DNA of 64,000 nt from Lingula anatina (GCA_051362555.1 CM120641.1:27100401-27164400); one strand, 5' to 3'. Shown: positions 27,001 to 42,714, numbered from the stretch's first letter. Numbers and translations are program-made. Notes: a model not told the origin generated them from the sequence alone.

Positions 27001-30000
27001 ATGTAGAGACACAGAATGCCGTCTTTCATCTATGAAAATATATGGAATTGACATTTTATATCAGTGTTCGCAGTGCATGGCAAATTTATTGCCTTGGCCG
27101 CTGACCTTTCGATCTTGTTCTCAAGGAATCGAACATAAGATCAAAAAGGTCACACCCGCACCGCTGACGCGTAATTGAATTAGAGTCTTATTATTTTGAT
27201 ACTAATTGAAACATGCAATTGGGCCAAAATGCTATTGCTCGGCACCACATGAGCTAACAATCACAACAGAACGCCGCTACCCTGGGAGGGCCTCGAAAAC
27301 AATGCTTCAAATCTTTTGCAGGCAAATACAGAAAATCTAATTACAATACAGGGTCAAACAGTGGCTTTGTTTTGCGGAAGGATTCGTAACATAATGCCTA
27401 GAAAATCGGCCGATTCCACTTCGTTTACAAAGGAATACCCATTAACCCCATTTAAAGAGCACACGCATCGAGGGAATGTCGAGTTGCATTCAGTTAACCG
27501 TTATGATGTTAACAAATTCTTATTGTTCTCTAGGAGTGTTAAATTGAGCTGAGCTCTGAAATAAACACCTCTTTTGGCAATGAACCATACACCGCCGTCT
27601 GCCAGATAACAACGAAATTTACTGTTGGGTTTGTTGGACCACGTTTATATCATACAATATTCAATGTGTGGGACAAGGAAAGTGATACAAGTAAATTGTT
27701 TTATATTTGTACTGACAACGTAGGCCCTTCCTAACGTAGTAACGCAATACTATTGTTTTATCTTTGTTTTGCATGCATAAGAGTTCTTATGTTGTCACTA
27801 TTAATTTTGGACATTTTTCATTTCCAGAAGCAGAGAGTCAATACAGAAATATTCTGTCAAGGAAAGAAAACACGACTGACTTTAACATCATTCTTCCATA
27901 CCTCAGTGACTTACAGGGGAGATTTCTCTCCAGTGATTTGCAAAACATTCCAAATTTGGTAAATCCGAACAAGGAAGGAGGCCATAATACCAAAAGGAAA
28001 AGAAGCATCCCTAACGAAGATGTCAATATTGCGTTTAATGTGAGAGGAGAAATAGTATTACTTTCACTCTTCAAAACGGACGATCTCATTGCGCCATCAG
28101 CCATATTGGAATCTAAGGAAGGCAATGTCACATTCGGTGGTGTCCTTCAGCAGGACTGTTATTATCAGGGACACGTGGAACACAGCTATGACTCCTATGT
28201 GGCTCTAAGTATTTGTGACGGCTTGGTAAGACATACTTTGTACCCGTACACTTGTCGTTTTTGTTTTGCATCCACAGTTGAAAGAAGTTCCTTGTCCCTT
28301 TCGGTACTTTCGTGTTAATTCTTTAGAGGGGGGACTCTTGTAGAACTCGGGGGTTGTTATTGTTTTGATCCCTTTTGCTTCGAAGAACTGTCACCGTGAA
28401 TTATAGGGGGAAATATTGATCTTTTCCGCTCTTGAGGTACTCTACATCTGCTAAAATATATAGTTCCACAGGTGCCTCATGGTGCTCATTCCCGGGGTCA
28501 CAGTACTAGTTGAGGATTCTTGCTTTGACCCGACAAGGACATAAATAATACGTAAATATACCTCCTACGTTCAACGATCACGATGAAGCACGCTTTAGCT
28601 CATGGGGAACCGATTACATGACCGTTAAACGGCCGTTTATTCCTTTGATCAACGTTTAAAATCCGCCCTTATTCCGAAGATTGCTTAGAGAGCGCCAGTT
28701 AGGTACAACGAATCCTGTTATGTTACGTCCAAAGTGACACCTGTTTTGACATCATTTAGCCTCTTTTTTGCAAGACCCTGAAACTCTGTTGAGGTCTTGT
28801 TTCCTTTCCTTTCAGTTGCCTCGTGAGTCTTAACTAGAGAATTCATGTCGCTGAAGCAAAAGTATATACTGCAAACTCTTCAAACCAACCGTTTTCAAAA
28901 CGACCACAAAGTACAGGTTTTACCAATTTGCAACTCAATTTGAACGATTGTGTCAATGTCTTTTTTTCCTTCTTGTTTTTCGGACAGTTCTCGACAGGCT
29001 AACTGCGAAGCACATGTCAATGATAGATTTTTAACGTTTGCCCTTTTTATGTTTTGTTTTTTGTCTTTAGAAGTAATGTAACAGCGTTAAACAAGGCAGC
29101 AAAGCTGTTAAATGTACAGACAAAAAGTAGAAAATAACGATGCATACTGTCAAATCTGATGCACTAATACATGATTAATAGCAAAGTCGACACCAAATAT
29201 CAATTATGCACAACAGGAAATACCGATGTAAGAAAAATGTGCAACTAACTAGCATAAGGCTTCAACCCCATGAGTGTTCAAGTCCACGCTTTGAAAATGC
29301 AGAATGAGAAAAATGAAAAAAATGCATCAATTGAAGAACAATCAAGTTGGTTTTCCAATTTGAGCTGTATGTCAATTCTAAGAATCATTCTTGTTACATT
29401 CAAGTTACAAAATAATAAGTAACACAGTTTTCATTTCGTAATGTTTGTGGTGGCAGTGCACAAAGACGTTTTTTCAGTTTTGATGCAGAAGATAATGATT
29501 AACAGCATAATCACTGCCAACGTAAGTGAATGCAATGAGACTGGTTTTCCAACTCCAACTCAAGCTGCATTTCAGTCCTTCGATCCTTTCCGTTAATTTT
29601 GAGAATCATATGCAACATGGTTATCCTTTAATGGTCATAAGTGCCCAAAATAGTTTCTTTTTCCAATTTTAATGCAATATTACATAATGTTTAACAGCGT
29701 AATGACCATCAATTTTTAATAATAAAATATAAGTATCATGGATATTCTGAAAATGTGACTAGCAAAGGTCTTTAAGCACATCTGCAATACATAATCTGTG
29801 TCTGTACATAAAAAACTACCGAAAAACCGAGAATTTTGTAAACGACCTTTGTTTCATTTTCATTTTTACACGTATTATGCACTAAAGATCATTGCCTGAT
29901 TTGGCTTAATGCACAGTTGAATAACGTGCTTTCCAGTGCAACTCCATAGGCGTAACCTTATAGCGACGAAAGGTTTTCGTAGTTTAGATTTTAATCAAAT

Positions 30001-33000
30001 TCTGTGCAGTTGTCGTGAGATATTTGTCGCGACCACCATGCATGCCTGTTGATTGATTGTCTTTGTTAACACCAAATGAAAACTTGGCTTGTTATATAAC
30101 GAAATCAAATATTCCACATCCAAAAGTACACCAATTCTCATGAACTTGGACACTTTTTAAACAAGGTTTATTTAAAGTAGTAATAGATATCGTTAATTCT
30201 TAACACTGGACATCGTAATACGATTTTGGTTGTCAACAGCTGATTGTTTTAAAACGTCTTATAACACCAAAGGATGCAATTTGATCTTAAAGCTTAATCA
30301 GACACGAAGAACACGGCAGTGACTGTTCACAAATCGAGCAATTACAATCCAGCTGTAAAGATTAATCCAGTTAGTCTGGTACATTATTAGGGATGCTTAT
30401 CAGATTTCGGGGTCACAGGAAAGTTGTTGACAATTTAAACAAACTCAAGTAGCTATGGTAAATTTTGTAACAAGGCTTTTGATGAAAAGGATGGACTTTC
30501 ATTTAATTTTGATGGCAACAGAATCAAAGAAGGCTTAATGAGACTGAAAGGGAAAAAATAAACATCAATATTTTGATAAAATTAAAATATTAAAATAGCA
30601 TGTCACAACAATGTAATAAACGGACAATCATTTTTACGTACACGTACGGAACCAGAAAATCAAGAAGAAATTGGTTATTGGCAACTCTACCAGAAATTAA
30701 AAAAGATAAAATAAGCTTCAAGCTTTCGGTTCCGGGGGGGAAATAGGGAATGGATGTCCCTCATGCCTCCTGGATCCGCCTATATGATATATCATAAGCC
30801 CCATTAAAAAATTCTCAGTGTTTTCGACACGTGAGAATTGGAATGGAATCATTGAACTAAAACATAAAACAATACAGTTGCTGTAGTGTTCTGAAAGCAA
30901 ACCAAGTTAGAAAATTATTGTACTGTTTTTCTCTACAAACTGGATACCTATAAGGCAGTAAAGAACCGCTCGTAGCTTTGGTGTCGGCATTTTCAATAAC
31001 TTTGTAAGTAGTTTTGTCTTCACAAAAATTGAATAAAGGATTTGCTTTTGATTCCAGCTTGGAATCATTCGGACAGATGAAGAAGAATACCTTGTCCAGC
31101 CATTGCCTTCAAGATCTAAAGAGGGGCGACCTCACGTCCTTAAGAAGCTGCCTCACCCAAAAGGCAAGGCCACTGGGCATAAAGGTAGCCATTATACTGG
31201 ATATTTGACTGCCAAAGGTTAACTTTTAATTCGTTGCGAGTACATGTACATCATAATGTGCTAAGCTTTCTGTTTCTAATTTCCTGTTAGATTTACAAAG
31301 ACGTTGGTTGTTTAGCTGTTTCAGATGAAGTCAGTGACAAGCACCGAAGAAAGAAGAGAGCATACGGTGACAAATATCTGGGAATTATGCTGGTTGCCGA
31401 TCAAAGCGTCGTAGACTTCCATGGGAGTAAAAAGAAAGCGAAAACCTACCTACTAACGTTGATGAATATTGTAAGTTATTTGGAAATAATCACTTTCTTT
31501 AGACATTTTTAACTGAAAGTAATTGGCAAGGCGTCAGGGTTGTTGTACTGTAAGCAGAACAAGATCGTTTCCGGCGATATCAATATTAAAGTATTATGTT
31601 TTAAATAAAGGTTATGGTGTGCTTTTGTAAAAGATTACATTCGCACGTGCACGCACTCACTCATAGGAAGGAAACTCTGTGCTGAATTCTTCCGCTTTTT
31701 AGACGTACGATCTACTTTTTATATTGATTAAGTTGCAGTTGAGCGCAGTCAATTGACAGATCTAATATATTATGGAGTGGTGTCCTTTCACCCTGAAATG
31801 ACAACTCCAATTGTTTCTGATCCATGTAGGGCTTTGATTCCACCCTGGTTAGGGGGTGAGGCTACTCTTACCTAACAGTCCTGCTTTGCACTGGCTGAGT
31901 GGTGTAATACAATTGCATACCGTCGGTCAAAACGGTATACTTTTCGTAACACGTCTGCAATCACTGAGCCCCAGTTGGCCTTGTTCACAAACGTTAGTGC
32001 ATCAACCAGTGCACTGCAAATTATCTTAACAAGAAGCACAAATCTGCACTGAGATGCGTACAGACTTAACATTTATACAATTTACAAGTAATTTGTGAGG
32101 AATGCTCCTCATCTTCGTAAATCATATGCTTGTTTGGTTAGTGCAGGCTTCAGGGTAGTTGCCGTTTACTTGATAGATTTTTGGCAAAAGACCGAGACGT
32201 TTCTTGGATTTTTAAGTGCTGTTCAGTTTTTTATGTAATTCAAGGTTCCCCCAGAAAACACATTGTGCCTTGTAACTATGCTATATCCAGACGAAAGGCG
32301 AATAAGAAACAAAGCGAAGTTATAAGATCATGGAGGCCTTTGTAGGCAATGGCTCAGTTCAGAGAGACCTGAAACACGCCAAAGCCAAATTGTCCATCTC
32401 TAAGTTAAAAATCTCTTTTTTCATACTTATAACAGTATTCAAACTTGTAATTTTATATAAATTGTACAGGACCTTTCATTTATAGCTTTAAACCCAAGGT
32501 TTGCATTGCCATATGCCTCAGTTATCTTCAAAAGGAAAGTTGCAGTTCTGTATGAAGCATATCAAAATCCCAAACTGCTTTTTACATCCCTTTCTTTATC
32601 ATATGCTTTTCCAAAGGCTGGCATTACCGATGTTACTCCAGGCATAAACACATTTAAAAGTATAAGTTCATCTCAGTTTAACTTATCTTGTAAACATTGT
32701 TTTATCTCTATTTAGATGAACTCGGTTTACCGCCACAATACTTTGGGTGTGCGCATCAACGTCGTGGTGGCCAGGGTAGTGTTTCTGGATTCTTATCAGG
32801 TATGTATTAGCATGGTGATCACTCTATCCCTCTGCTCTAGAGCCGTCTACAGAGTAACACAGCGTATAAAAGAATCAAAAGCGCTCTGTTCTTTGGAACA
32901 AAAGTCTCTAGTTACGACCCAGACAAAATATACGTGACGCTTGGCGCCTTCTGTAATATTGGTCAATGTGCAGTTTTTTTTGTTCGTTTACTGTTTTAAC

Positions 33001-36000
33001 TGTCAATCGTTAAAGAAATTATGGTTGAAAAGATCATATTTGTGGTTGACCAAGCAAGAGACTTTACGGCTCTTGGTTCTTGCGGTTCTTGCACTTATAT
33101 GATCTCGAGGCAGATGTTCGGCAAATTTGTTGCAGCCTTAAACCTGGTTACGCTTGTTCCAACCTATTAACTCCACACAGTACATGGAGCAGTGGGTAAC
33201 TCTATTGTTTTGCATCGCGTTTCATAAAATTTAATAAAAAACTTAATCTTGAGAACACTTCATTTGGTATTCTTTCGTGCCCTGCCATTTAATTTTGTGT
33301 TTTCATAATTAAACGGAAAAGCAGTCAACACGAAATAATAACAGCGATTCTTATTACGCTGGTGTGTAAGATCAAACGCTTAAAAGATGAACAGACGTAA
33401 TAAGTAGTATTCTTTGTAATTCTAGGCTAATGCAATTCTTTACCGTGGTAACGCTAGACATACCCTGGACAGGTTTTGTAAGTGGGTTCAATTAAATCGT
33501 CCTCGGAATCCAAATGACCCAACGAACCATGATCACGCCATCTACTTGACAAGGGACAATTTAGGACCAGCCGGTGAGTATAAGTTGACGTTTTTCAAAA
33601 AAAAAAAATGGACATCCATCAATCGATTATTGCTTGAAATTGTTACCTTTCTGTAGATAAAGACCAGGGAATGTTTTCTTCACAGAGTTGTGCTTAAACA
33701 ATGAAAACTCTGCTTTCTGGAAATAGTCCAATGAAGGAATCGTATACTTATTGACACAAACCGATTGTTTTCATGTGAACACACTGAAATTCTACGAATT
33801 AATACAATTTGAAACGTTTAAAGGTTTGTTTAAATGTGTTTGCATGAGTTTGAACAGTGTAAGACCACAGGCATAGACTGTATGCATGGTAATTCAAGAG
33901 TTCTATTCACTTCCACATCCAGGGTACGCACCAGTAACAGGAATGTGCCAGCCAGACCGCAGTTGCGCAGTCACTAAAGATGATGGTCTGACGTCGGCTT
34001 TCGTCATGGCCCACGAGACGGGTCACGTGTGAGTAACCTTGTGCGACAGTGTGTGTCCTGCGATTGTTGCTATTATTGATTAAACTAATGTCGATTTATA
34101 ATGAGATGGTCAACCGTGTTGTCTGAATTTACCTGGATTATTTTTACTTGTGGCAAAATCAAGCATTATCTATGAGATGTAGGTTTAATCTTCTTCTTCA
34201 TCTCTTTTTTACTTTTTGCAAATAAGCAAATTGCAGGTTCTCTTACACAAGACCTCACGTTTGTTTTTACTTTTAGGTTTGGAATGCTGCACGATGGACA
34301 AGGAAACAACTGTGATGGCAGTGGAGAATCTATCATGGCACCCCTAGTGCAATCGACATTTTCAAGATACTACTGGTCCTCTTGCAGCGCGCACGAACTA
34401 AAACTTCGCTTTCAGTAAGTTATGAAACCGGCCTCTGATTCCTTTTTTCAATTTCACCGCTGTCTTCGTATGTTGTAATGAATGGATAAAACAGACTTTG
34501 AGGACTAAATGATCAGACCAAAATCAATATGTTTTAAATTTACACACCACAGGTTGCATATAATAGCGCACAATGATATCAACACTATCAGTGGGCCCTA
34601 TACGTAGATTTTGCGTGTTGCAATCGATATTTCATGATTCCTGACCAGTATCTTTTCTATCCTATAGCGAGTATACCTGCCTTGATGATAACCCGTTTAG
34701 GCCCCCGACGGCCAGCGTTGCTGACCCAATGGGCCAGAACTGGGATATGGATGAACAATGCAGGCAGGAGTTTGGAGATGGATACGGCCTTTGCAAAGCA
34801 GTAACTACCATATTCTACTAATATATATATACACGTAGTTTCTGAGTAATTGTGGTTTAGAATATTCCAAAGCAACGACTTACAAATATTACTAAAAATT
34901 TTTAAAAAATTTACAGGTAATGGTATATCAGTAAACATGAATGCTCATAGATTAGTTGTATCTCTTTGGAAACTTTAAAAGTATTTAATGCCGGCAGTAT
35001 TAAGATTTCAATAAACAGTAGCATTTTAACAACCTTATTACAGCGTTATATTTTGTGATCTGATTAGGGAATATTTTCCTCTTCCAGTTCCATCACGTCG
35101 ATCCGTGCCAGTATCTGTGGTGTGCTACACACGACAACCCCTTACTCTGTAAAACCAAGAAAGGACCACCGCTTCCAGGGACCGAATGCAAACCTGGCTA
35201 CGTGTGTATTGCTGTTTTGATGTTTTTCCATTAATAGTGTGTTAAGCATCAATCTCTGCCACAGAAAATCCTTAGTATTATTATTATTTTTTTTTTTTAG
35301 ATTCACCCAATCCTATTCACCACGGGTATATACGTGCATATATTTACTACGTGTATTACACGTGTGTATGCGTTTCCAAAATTGGTGGAATTATCGACCC
35401 GAAGAATCCTCAAAGCTCAAATTTGTCACCAGAAATGGACTTTTTGACCCATTTTGCCTCAGAACACATTTGTCCCTCTAGAGGTTTCCAAAAAAGTTAT
35501 TTACCCTGCCCTATTATTACAGAAGTTTTTTAGTCGTTTTAGAAATCTCAGATTAATACAAACATTTCTGAAGCGATCAAACTGGTAAATTTTGTATTTG
35601 CTTAATGATAAAGTCACTCAAGAATATAAACATTTTCTCTAGTTTTCTTTCTGAAATTGATATATCTTTTCTCTTTTTTCCCCATTTGCCATCAAAACAG
35701 TGGTGCATGAATGAACGTTGCGAGCCAAAAGGCACCAGCACGGTCAGTCGTATTGAGGATGTAGACATCCACGGCGCCTGGACCACGTGGGCGGAGTGGT
35801 CGTATTGCACACAGACCTGTGGCGGAGGGATACGTCTGAGGTCACGGTCATGTGACAATCCTGAGTAAGTACTGTTACTTTGACATGGAAATTGCCAAAT
35901 TTTACTCATTTACTATGCTTCATTCTTTTTAAATTTACGTATTTTGTGAAATTGGATTTTAATTGGTATATCATTTGATTGTTTCAGACCGGACAGAAAG

Positions 36001-37236
36001 TCAAAGGAATGTGAAGGCTTTGACACAGAGCACGAAATATGCAATCAAAATGTAAGTGTGTCGATATGTTGTTATTAAAGAAACCTGTTTTCAATATAAA
36101 TCGCACTCGAACCAATTAAAACGGGCTTGGTTCCAAAAAGATCAATTGAATTTATAGGAACAATTACTATATTTGAAACAATCTGGTTTTACTGGCCTTC
36201 TACAAATTGTTCTTTTATTTACTCTCCAGGAATGTGAAAAACTGGTAGACGTTCGTTCAGAGTTATGTAAGAAGAAAAGTCCGTGGCACAACAACAAACA
36301 CCATGCATGGGCGACATTCCAAAGCAAATACAGTACGAATTGCTTTTTACTATACTTAAACAACACCTTTCTAAATGTTATTAAAGTAATACAGAAAGTA
36401 TGTTATTCCAACGTCGCTAAACTATTTAAACGCGAACGAATAGTTATCATTTCTTTACTTTGTCTGTCATTTCAGAATCTAACCAGTGCAAACTGAATTG
36501 TGTATCTGTCGATTCTGGCGAGATCGTCGTCTCCGAAGATGTCCCAGATGGCACCCCATGTACCTATGAAACACCATACCACAGGTGTATTGATGGAGAG
36601 TGCAGGGTAGGGCCTTGCTTAACAACCTTTTTATTTAACGGCCTCTCTTCCTTTCAGTTGGCCATTCGTTGAATTTTATTAAAATTATTGACTTTTAAAA
36701 ATCTCCAACCAACCCCAGAGCCCAAATGCCCTTCAAAAATAAGTATGGGCGCTTTTCCGCGAGTTTGATTGTGAAAAAGAGTTAAAGGCTCTTTTGGATA
36801 ATTTATTTGTTTAATTTATTCAGGAATTTGGTTGTGACGGAATTCAAGGCTCCAAGAAAAAACCTGATAAGTGCGGTGTCTGCGAGGGTACGGGATCGGA
36901 CTGCAGAGACGTGAAAGGCAAATACAAGGAAACACCAAAAGATGGTAAGTTGATCTCAGATCCCCAAACACTAGTGAGAAAGGACTAGTTTTTATATTTT
37001 TGTATTATTATTATTATTATTACTTTTGTAGCACGTGCAGGCCGTAGGTTGAGAGAAGTGCTTGGTGGGGGCGGGGGAGGGTGGAAGGTTATGTAAGTAG
37101 TACCTACATGTACTTGTGCAACCGGTATTACTCATCTGACTGAAGGGGAAGTAAGAGGCTTTTGGTTGACTGGAAGAAAGGAAAAATTTAATACTTTTTA
37201 AAGATACCAAAATATTTTCAAAAATCTTGAAACTTT

Positions 37237-37276
<40 letters not shown>

Positions 37277-40200
37277 TGTGGGGGGCGGGGCGGGCGGGGG
37301 GAGCACTTGTCCTCTACTCCCTCACAGTACATGTATACGGTATGGATACGGTTACGGTATGTATACGGTTCTGAGATGTTTAATTTGAATATCATTTCAT
37401 TGCCTTACAGGGTACAGGACTGTTGTAAAATTACCTAAAGGATCTAGGAACATCGAGATCAAACGAAGAGTATATTCGGCACACTTTCTTGGTAAGAAGT
37501 TAGCAGTCTATTCTTGAAATCGAGTTGCCATGGAGACAAAATAACAATACAAACCAGTGACAATCACACTGATGACATGGCTTCGGTATTATTTCAGTAA
37601 TATTTGTACAGTCGATTGAAACAGTGCCAAATTGAAATTCTCAACATTGTTTTTTAAATTAACGACATCAGTAACTGAGAAGTTTTATTTAACGGACCAT
37701 GTTTCTGATTTTAGCTCTAAAAGACGGTAAAACGGGTAAATATTTGCTCAACGGAAAGAAACGGCAGGAGTATTCTACCAAAGATATTATAGCCTATGGC
37801 TCTAGGCTTGTTTACACTAACGACGCACGTACCGAGAGCATTAAGGGCACCGGACCGCTTGGAGAAGAATTTTTTGTCATGGTGAGTTTTCTGCTTTGTA
37901 AACGTGTTAATTGTTTGAGCTTGATGCACGGATATCGTGCATGAATAATATGCATTTAACTACCAACAAAAGATATTTATTAGTGTTGCAGGAGTTTTTA
38001 AAAATAAAATTCTATCAGTTAATTCTACGCGACGTAGTAATGTAAAATGCTGAATGCCGAAAATTAAGTAAGTATTTAGTCGAACGATTGTTATATTTAC
38101 AAATATAAAATCATGACTCACCTTTAATAAATAATCACAGTATTTAATCTCTAAATAGGTGTATCCTATGCACTCTAATACCCCCACCCCCGTGGACATA
38201 GATTATCAGTTTACGGTGTCCAAAGAGGAACAAACAAACAAAATATCGGGGACCGTGTCAAAACGATATCGTTGGAAGTTTGATCATTGGACGGAATGTT
38301 CCGAGGAATGCGGAGGAGGTAAGCATGGTGGGTCCCCAGTGGGTGAGATCCATATTGTGACAGTATTACAAGGAATATATTTGAAACGTACGCAGAGACA
38401 AGTAGATGAGGTTGCCATGTAATGGTATTCTAACAGAAGTCCTCGGCCCGGTTACAAAAATGCATATAAAGGAATATAACCACTCAGGATTATTTCAATA
38501 ATTATTTTTATTCTTAAGAGAACCGTAGAAAATAAACACGTATTAAAGGGGTATCGGTGGGGGTCAAGAAGGGAGTGGGCGTGTCGCACCCTTTAAAAAA
38601 TTACTTTTTTCTAGGGACTACCCACATTGAGTATCAGTGCAGAGACGTCTATGATAATTTGAAAGCCGATGCTGAAAAATGTGCCGGCGTTCAAAAACCT
38701 GATGATTACAGAAGGGAATGCAACAAATCGCCATGTGTGGATGCAAGGTGGGCCCCAATATTTTTATACTCTTTTTTTATCTTTTTTTTTATTCGGTAGA
38801 AGTATAGCATTTGCCCAGTGGAGGGCACAATAAGCACATTCCCTTTTCCTAGCATCTTAGGCACCACTTTCCCCCTTCTTCCTCTCCCCAAAAGCCGAAA
38901 GAGACAAAACCCAGTAATTTATTTACCCTTGTGGCATACGTATTGTAGTCATCGTCTACTGCTTTATATCTGCATAGCATACTTTATCCTTGCGTACTCC
39001 TAGCAGAAGCCTAATTCAGCTAGGGTAATAGGTCTTTTTACAGGTTCTTCTGTGCCATTTTGGTACTGATGTTCCGAAAGTGTGTTACTAAATTAGAAGC
39101 TTACTAGAATTGCTTTACTTCTACTCATCATTGGCATCGTCAGTCTCGAAAGACTATGGGTTTGCGCTTTGGGATGAATCCTGTGTCCTGATGTTGTACT
39201 TAAGCTGAAAAGTCCAGTGGCAGTCTTTGGCACCGTGTGGTCTTTTTAAGTTTGATATTGTACTCATACATTTATACTGTGCTTGGGAATGTAGCCTTCA
39301 ATGTCAGTTTGCTTTCAAAGGCAGCCAGGTCTTTTGATTCAGATTACTTCCAAGCAGATCTGAAAGCACTGTCCTCCAATGACACCACGAATAATAAATA
39401 CTTTTTAAAAAAATGGCACACATAAATTTCAGAAAAGCCCAATATGCGGTCGAAATATTTTTCATTGCAATTATACAATGACCTGAATATTGCTTTCTTA
39501 CAGGTGGGAAGCGTCTCCGTGGGAGGGATGTTCCGCCACATGCGGCAACTCAGGAACGCAAGTCAGAATTGTTAGCTGCACGAAGAACGAAGGAGAAAAA
39601 GTAAAAGAAGTCAGCCCACATTTTTGCAAGAAATCGCGCAAACCAGAACGGGAGAAGCCCTGCAACAGGAGGGCTTGCCCAGGAGAATGGTCAACTGAAG
39701 AGTGGTCTAAGGTAGGTATGGTACATACACAGTTGGTTCAAGATCTTCTAGGTTGAAACAAACCCCCTCCAATATGTGTTAGAAATAGGGGTTTTGAGTT
39801 TAAGTGTAGGCGATGCCATATTTTAGTCACAACTTATAATGGGTGGGAGAACTGAGGAGGCCTGAACTTTAGATGTTGAAACATCTTGAAGGCTGTCAGT
39901 AATGATTCCGTGAATTTTACTTTTTCGTACTTCATGCTCATAGTATCGGCACAAACATGTTTCTAGGGATTCATAGCTTCACAATGAATCTTAAAGAAAA
40001 GTTGATTAATTGCCCTTCTGTAGACTTACTGCTTTCAGTCTCTCTTTTTTCCCTCTGGCGATACTGCCATTATGAAGAGACAGAGGGTGTTTTACCAACC
40101 CAGTGTTTTATCCCTTGGATATGCTTCGCTTGATCCAATGAAAAATGACAAAGGGAAACTTTGTCGGTCTTTACTTCACTCTTCAATGGCGATATTTGCG

Positions 40201-41266
40201 TTCACTCTCTAATTAAATTGCCGTCTTTTATATGTTGATCGGATTTTTTAGAATTGGGATGTAAATGGCGCATTCTGGTTTATCATTTTTTTTTCAATTA
40301 ATACTCCAGTGCTCCTCAACCTGTGATACGGGTGTACAAACTCGACGAGTATACTGTGATACTAAAGACTCTAGAGGCGTTGAGAACTGTAACGGTAGGC
40401 GACCCCCGGACACCAAAATTTGCCACCGAAAACCATGTCCAGGTAAGCGTCAGGTGTGAGAGAAATCGTCCTGCAATAAAATATTTTTTCTTGAATTGTT
40501 CTATAAACATGCTCTGAAATTAATGTTTGGGTGTTAGAAATCACCTAATTACTTCAGATAATTTGAAAGTAACATTTTGTTGAGCTTGTTTTGTTTTGTT
40601 GTTTTTTTTTCTTCTTTTTATGGTAATCAGAATTGGTTAAAACAAATATGTAGTCTGTAAACGAGCAAGCGTTATCCACGATCCTCCCTTTCATGGGATA
40701 TTACGTCACCAGACAGGCACATCTGTCTAATTGCTAGGGTCTTGCCTATTGATATTATGTTATATATGTTATATTTGTGCTTGCAAGGAATAAATATGGA
40801 TTTACAAGTATATTCTCATGCTATAGTGATAAAACTTGGCGGTGTAAATGGCTTCTATATATTTATCATCTATTGTTTTCTTACATATTTGAATATTTAA
40901 TAATTCATAACAAGGATTCATTGTGCTGAACATGTGTGGACACATAGGTGTCTTCCTCCGAAACTATAAAAAAGTGCTTTTAGCAAATATTAGACTTAGG
41001 CAACATGAAAAACTACCAACATAAATAATGAAACTGCATGTTTAACGAAACCCAATAGAAGCACCTGAGGAGAAAGCACCTGTTCTAAAGTACACATATA
41101 GAAGACAATAGATTTTTAACACTTCTCTTTCTCTATAGGCTGCACCGGGGATAAGTCTTCTTTCTGTGCCACAAAGCCCTTTAAAGCACGCTACTGCGCC
41201 CTTCCAGGCTTCAAGAGACTCTGCTGTAGAACGTGCAATAACCTGGCGAATGAAACAAGGAACTAA
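24056..41266 (+). CDS. ADAMTS3: ADAMTS2/3/14-like metalloprotease, short isoform (prodomain, M12B catalytic, disintegrin-like, TSR1, Cys-rich, spacer, TSR2-4, PLAC-1), ~1119 aa; exons 24056-24382, 25349-25385, 27828-28225, 31058-31184, ~31316-31470, 32716-32799, 33426-33573, 33923-34028, 34277-34414, 34668-34800, 35088-35201, 35701-35864, 35988-36051, 36230-36332, 36476-36606, 36824-36944, 37411-37491, 37715-37881, 38159-38318, 38615-38747, 39504-39711, 40310-40442, 41139-41266
   Basis: Prodomain [16 protein letters not shown]; furin sites RKRS and RRKKR; [24 protein letters not shown] and zinc motif [18 protein letters not shown] with Met-turn SIMAPLV, diagnostic of the ADAMTS2/3/14 clade; [18 protein letters not shown]; [13 protein letters not shown]...CCRTC then stop. 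The start codon and the 31316 acceptor are less certain. The symbol denotes the clade, not strict orthology. Confidence 0.88.
37239..37274. repeat. (TG)n microsatellite
   Basis: Uninterrupted tg run; similar runs at ~55162-55195 and ~61106-61124. Confidence 0.9.
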
Positions 41267-42714
41267 TCATAGGAACACTTCTTCTGGGAACTAATCATCT
41301 TGTACATGTAGTTTTGCAACAGCTTGTAATGCACTCTACTTCTTCATATATAAATACATATATTTGTATACGTATATACCTTTAAAAATCTGGAACTGTG
41401 CCTTACAAACTAGTCTCTTCTCTTTGTGCTTAGCTAACAATGACTGCATAATAAACTGTCATGCACGCCTGGATCTGTGTCAATTGGAATATGCTCGGCG
41501 TTTCTCGAAAAAAAGGTCGAGGTGTTCCCATTGAATCTGTGTATTGTTTGTACTTGTATTGTACATGTACATTGTGATGTTATGACGATTGTGACTGAAT
41601 AACAAGAAGAAACTGCCTTTGTCTTTCACAAAGCATCTGTGATTAGATTGAATGTATTTTTAAGTTGGGTTTGTGATAAATATTTAAAAAGGTGTGGATT
41701 TTGCTGGTGGTTTTTTAAAATAACTACTTAAGTTTTAACATGGGCCTGAAATGAAAGCAATGGGAAAGATATGCCCTGTATTAAACAGAACTGAATGAAC
41801 TGAAATAAAAAAGAGAATTAAAACGGTCAAATAATGCAACGACCTAAATATTGGAGTATTCAATAGGGTCTTTACTCATCATTGGTGGCGGCAGAATACA
41901 TTTCATTATAGAGATCAGATTCGAAGTTCTTATGCAGTACTCGATAGGCATAATTTAATAATTAGTGTTTTATGCTAGCAGTTATTAAGGAAAGCAGTTT
42001 TAAGATGCTAGTTTTCCCCTTCAAGTTAATCGTGCAATGCTGCATTTTTGTACACTTGGTTACTATGTGTATGACAATAACAACATTAGTTTGCTGAGGA
42101 CTCTGAGGGCCGTGTAGGTATTACGTGAGTAGATGTTTATCTCTATCATATGTGATCTCACCCAAAGTATTGAGAGAAAAAGTGTTGCGTTAAGAAAAAA
42201 TGCAACAGAATAGCTTACGTTTGTTCACGGTTTCAGGAAACAAATCTGTTTTTGAACTGTTATTTTAGTCAACGTTTTAGACACGTTTGATGTTTACGTT
42301 AAAATGTTTTACGTATATTGCCAATCTGTCAATAAATAACAATTTCAATAATTTTTGTGTTATTGCAATTATAACAAGCGACATTTCAGCGTAGGCAGGA
42401 CAAGATCGGTATGTTTTTGACATTATACACTGGAAAAAATTGGTGGGCGTTAAATTGATTTGAACGACTCGGATGTTTTATCATATTTATCATAAAAATC
42501 ATTCTGTAGATATTCCTGATGTTGTGGCTTAAGAAACACAAAACCCTTTGTTTTGCTTCCGCTTTGTGTGTGATTTGCTAGAAGCTAAATAAAAAACAAT
42601 ACCACTACTAGGATGTGCAAAGGCAATGAGTCATATTGTAAATTAGTATTCGATAGCATTAGAAACACCGTAAGAAACACAAGTAAGATGTAGTTTTGGA
42701 CAATTTACATCTAG

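Noticed and set aside
29350-29710. Degenerate ~190-bp tandem duplication in an ADAMTS intron
   Set aside because: Weak similarity with no coding or structural signal; probably old repeat debris.
31291-31315. Upstream acceptor adding IYKDVGCL (a cysteine-switch-like Cys) to the prodomain
   Set aside because: It needs a phase-0 donor, but the evident upstream donor (31184) is phase 1; left unresolved and the 31316 acceptor was used.
33871-33879. Possible 9-nt microexon (ag|gcatagact|gt) at the position of the MQG insert of vertebrate ADAMTS2/3/14
   Set aside because: The downstream intron would be only 43 nt, and inclusion would place Trp at a conserved Gly; likely chance.
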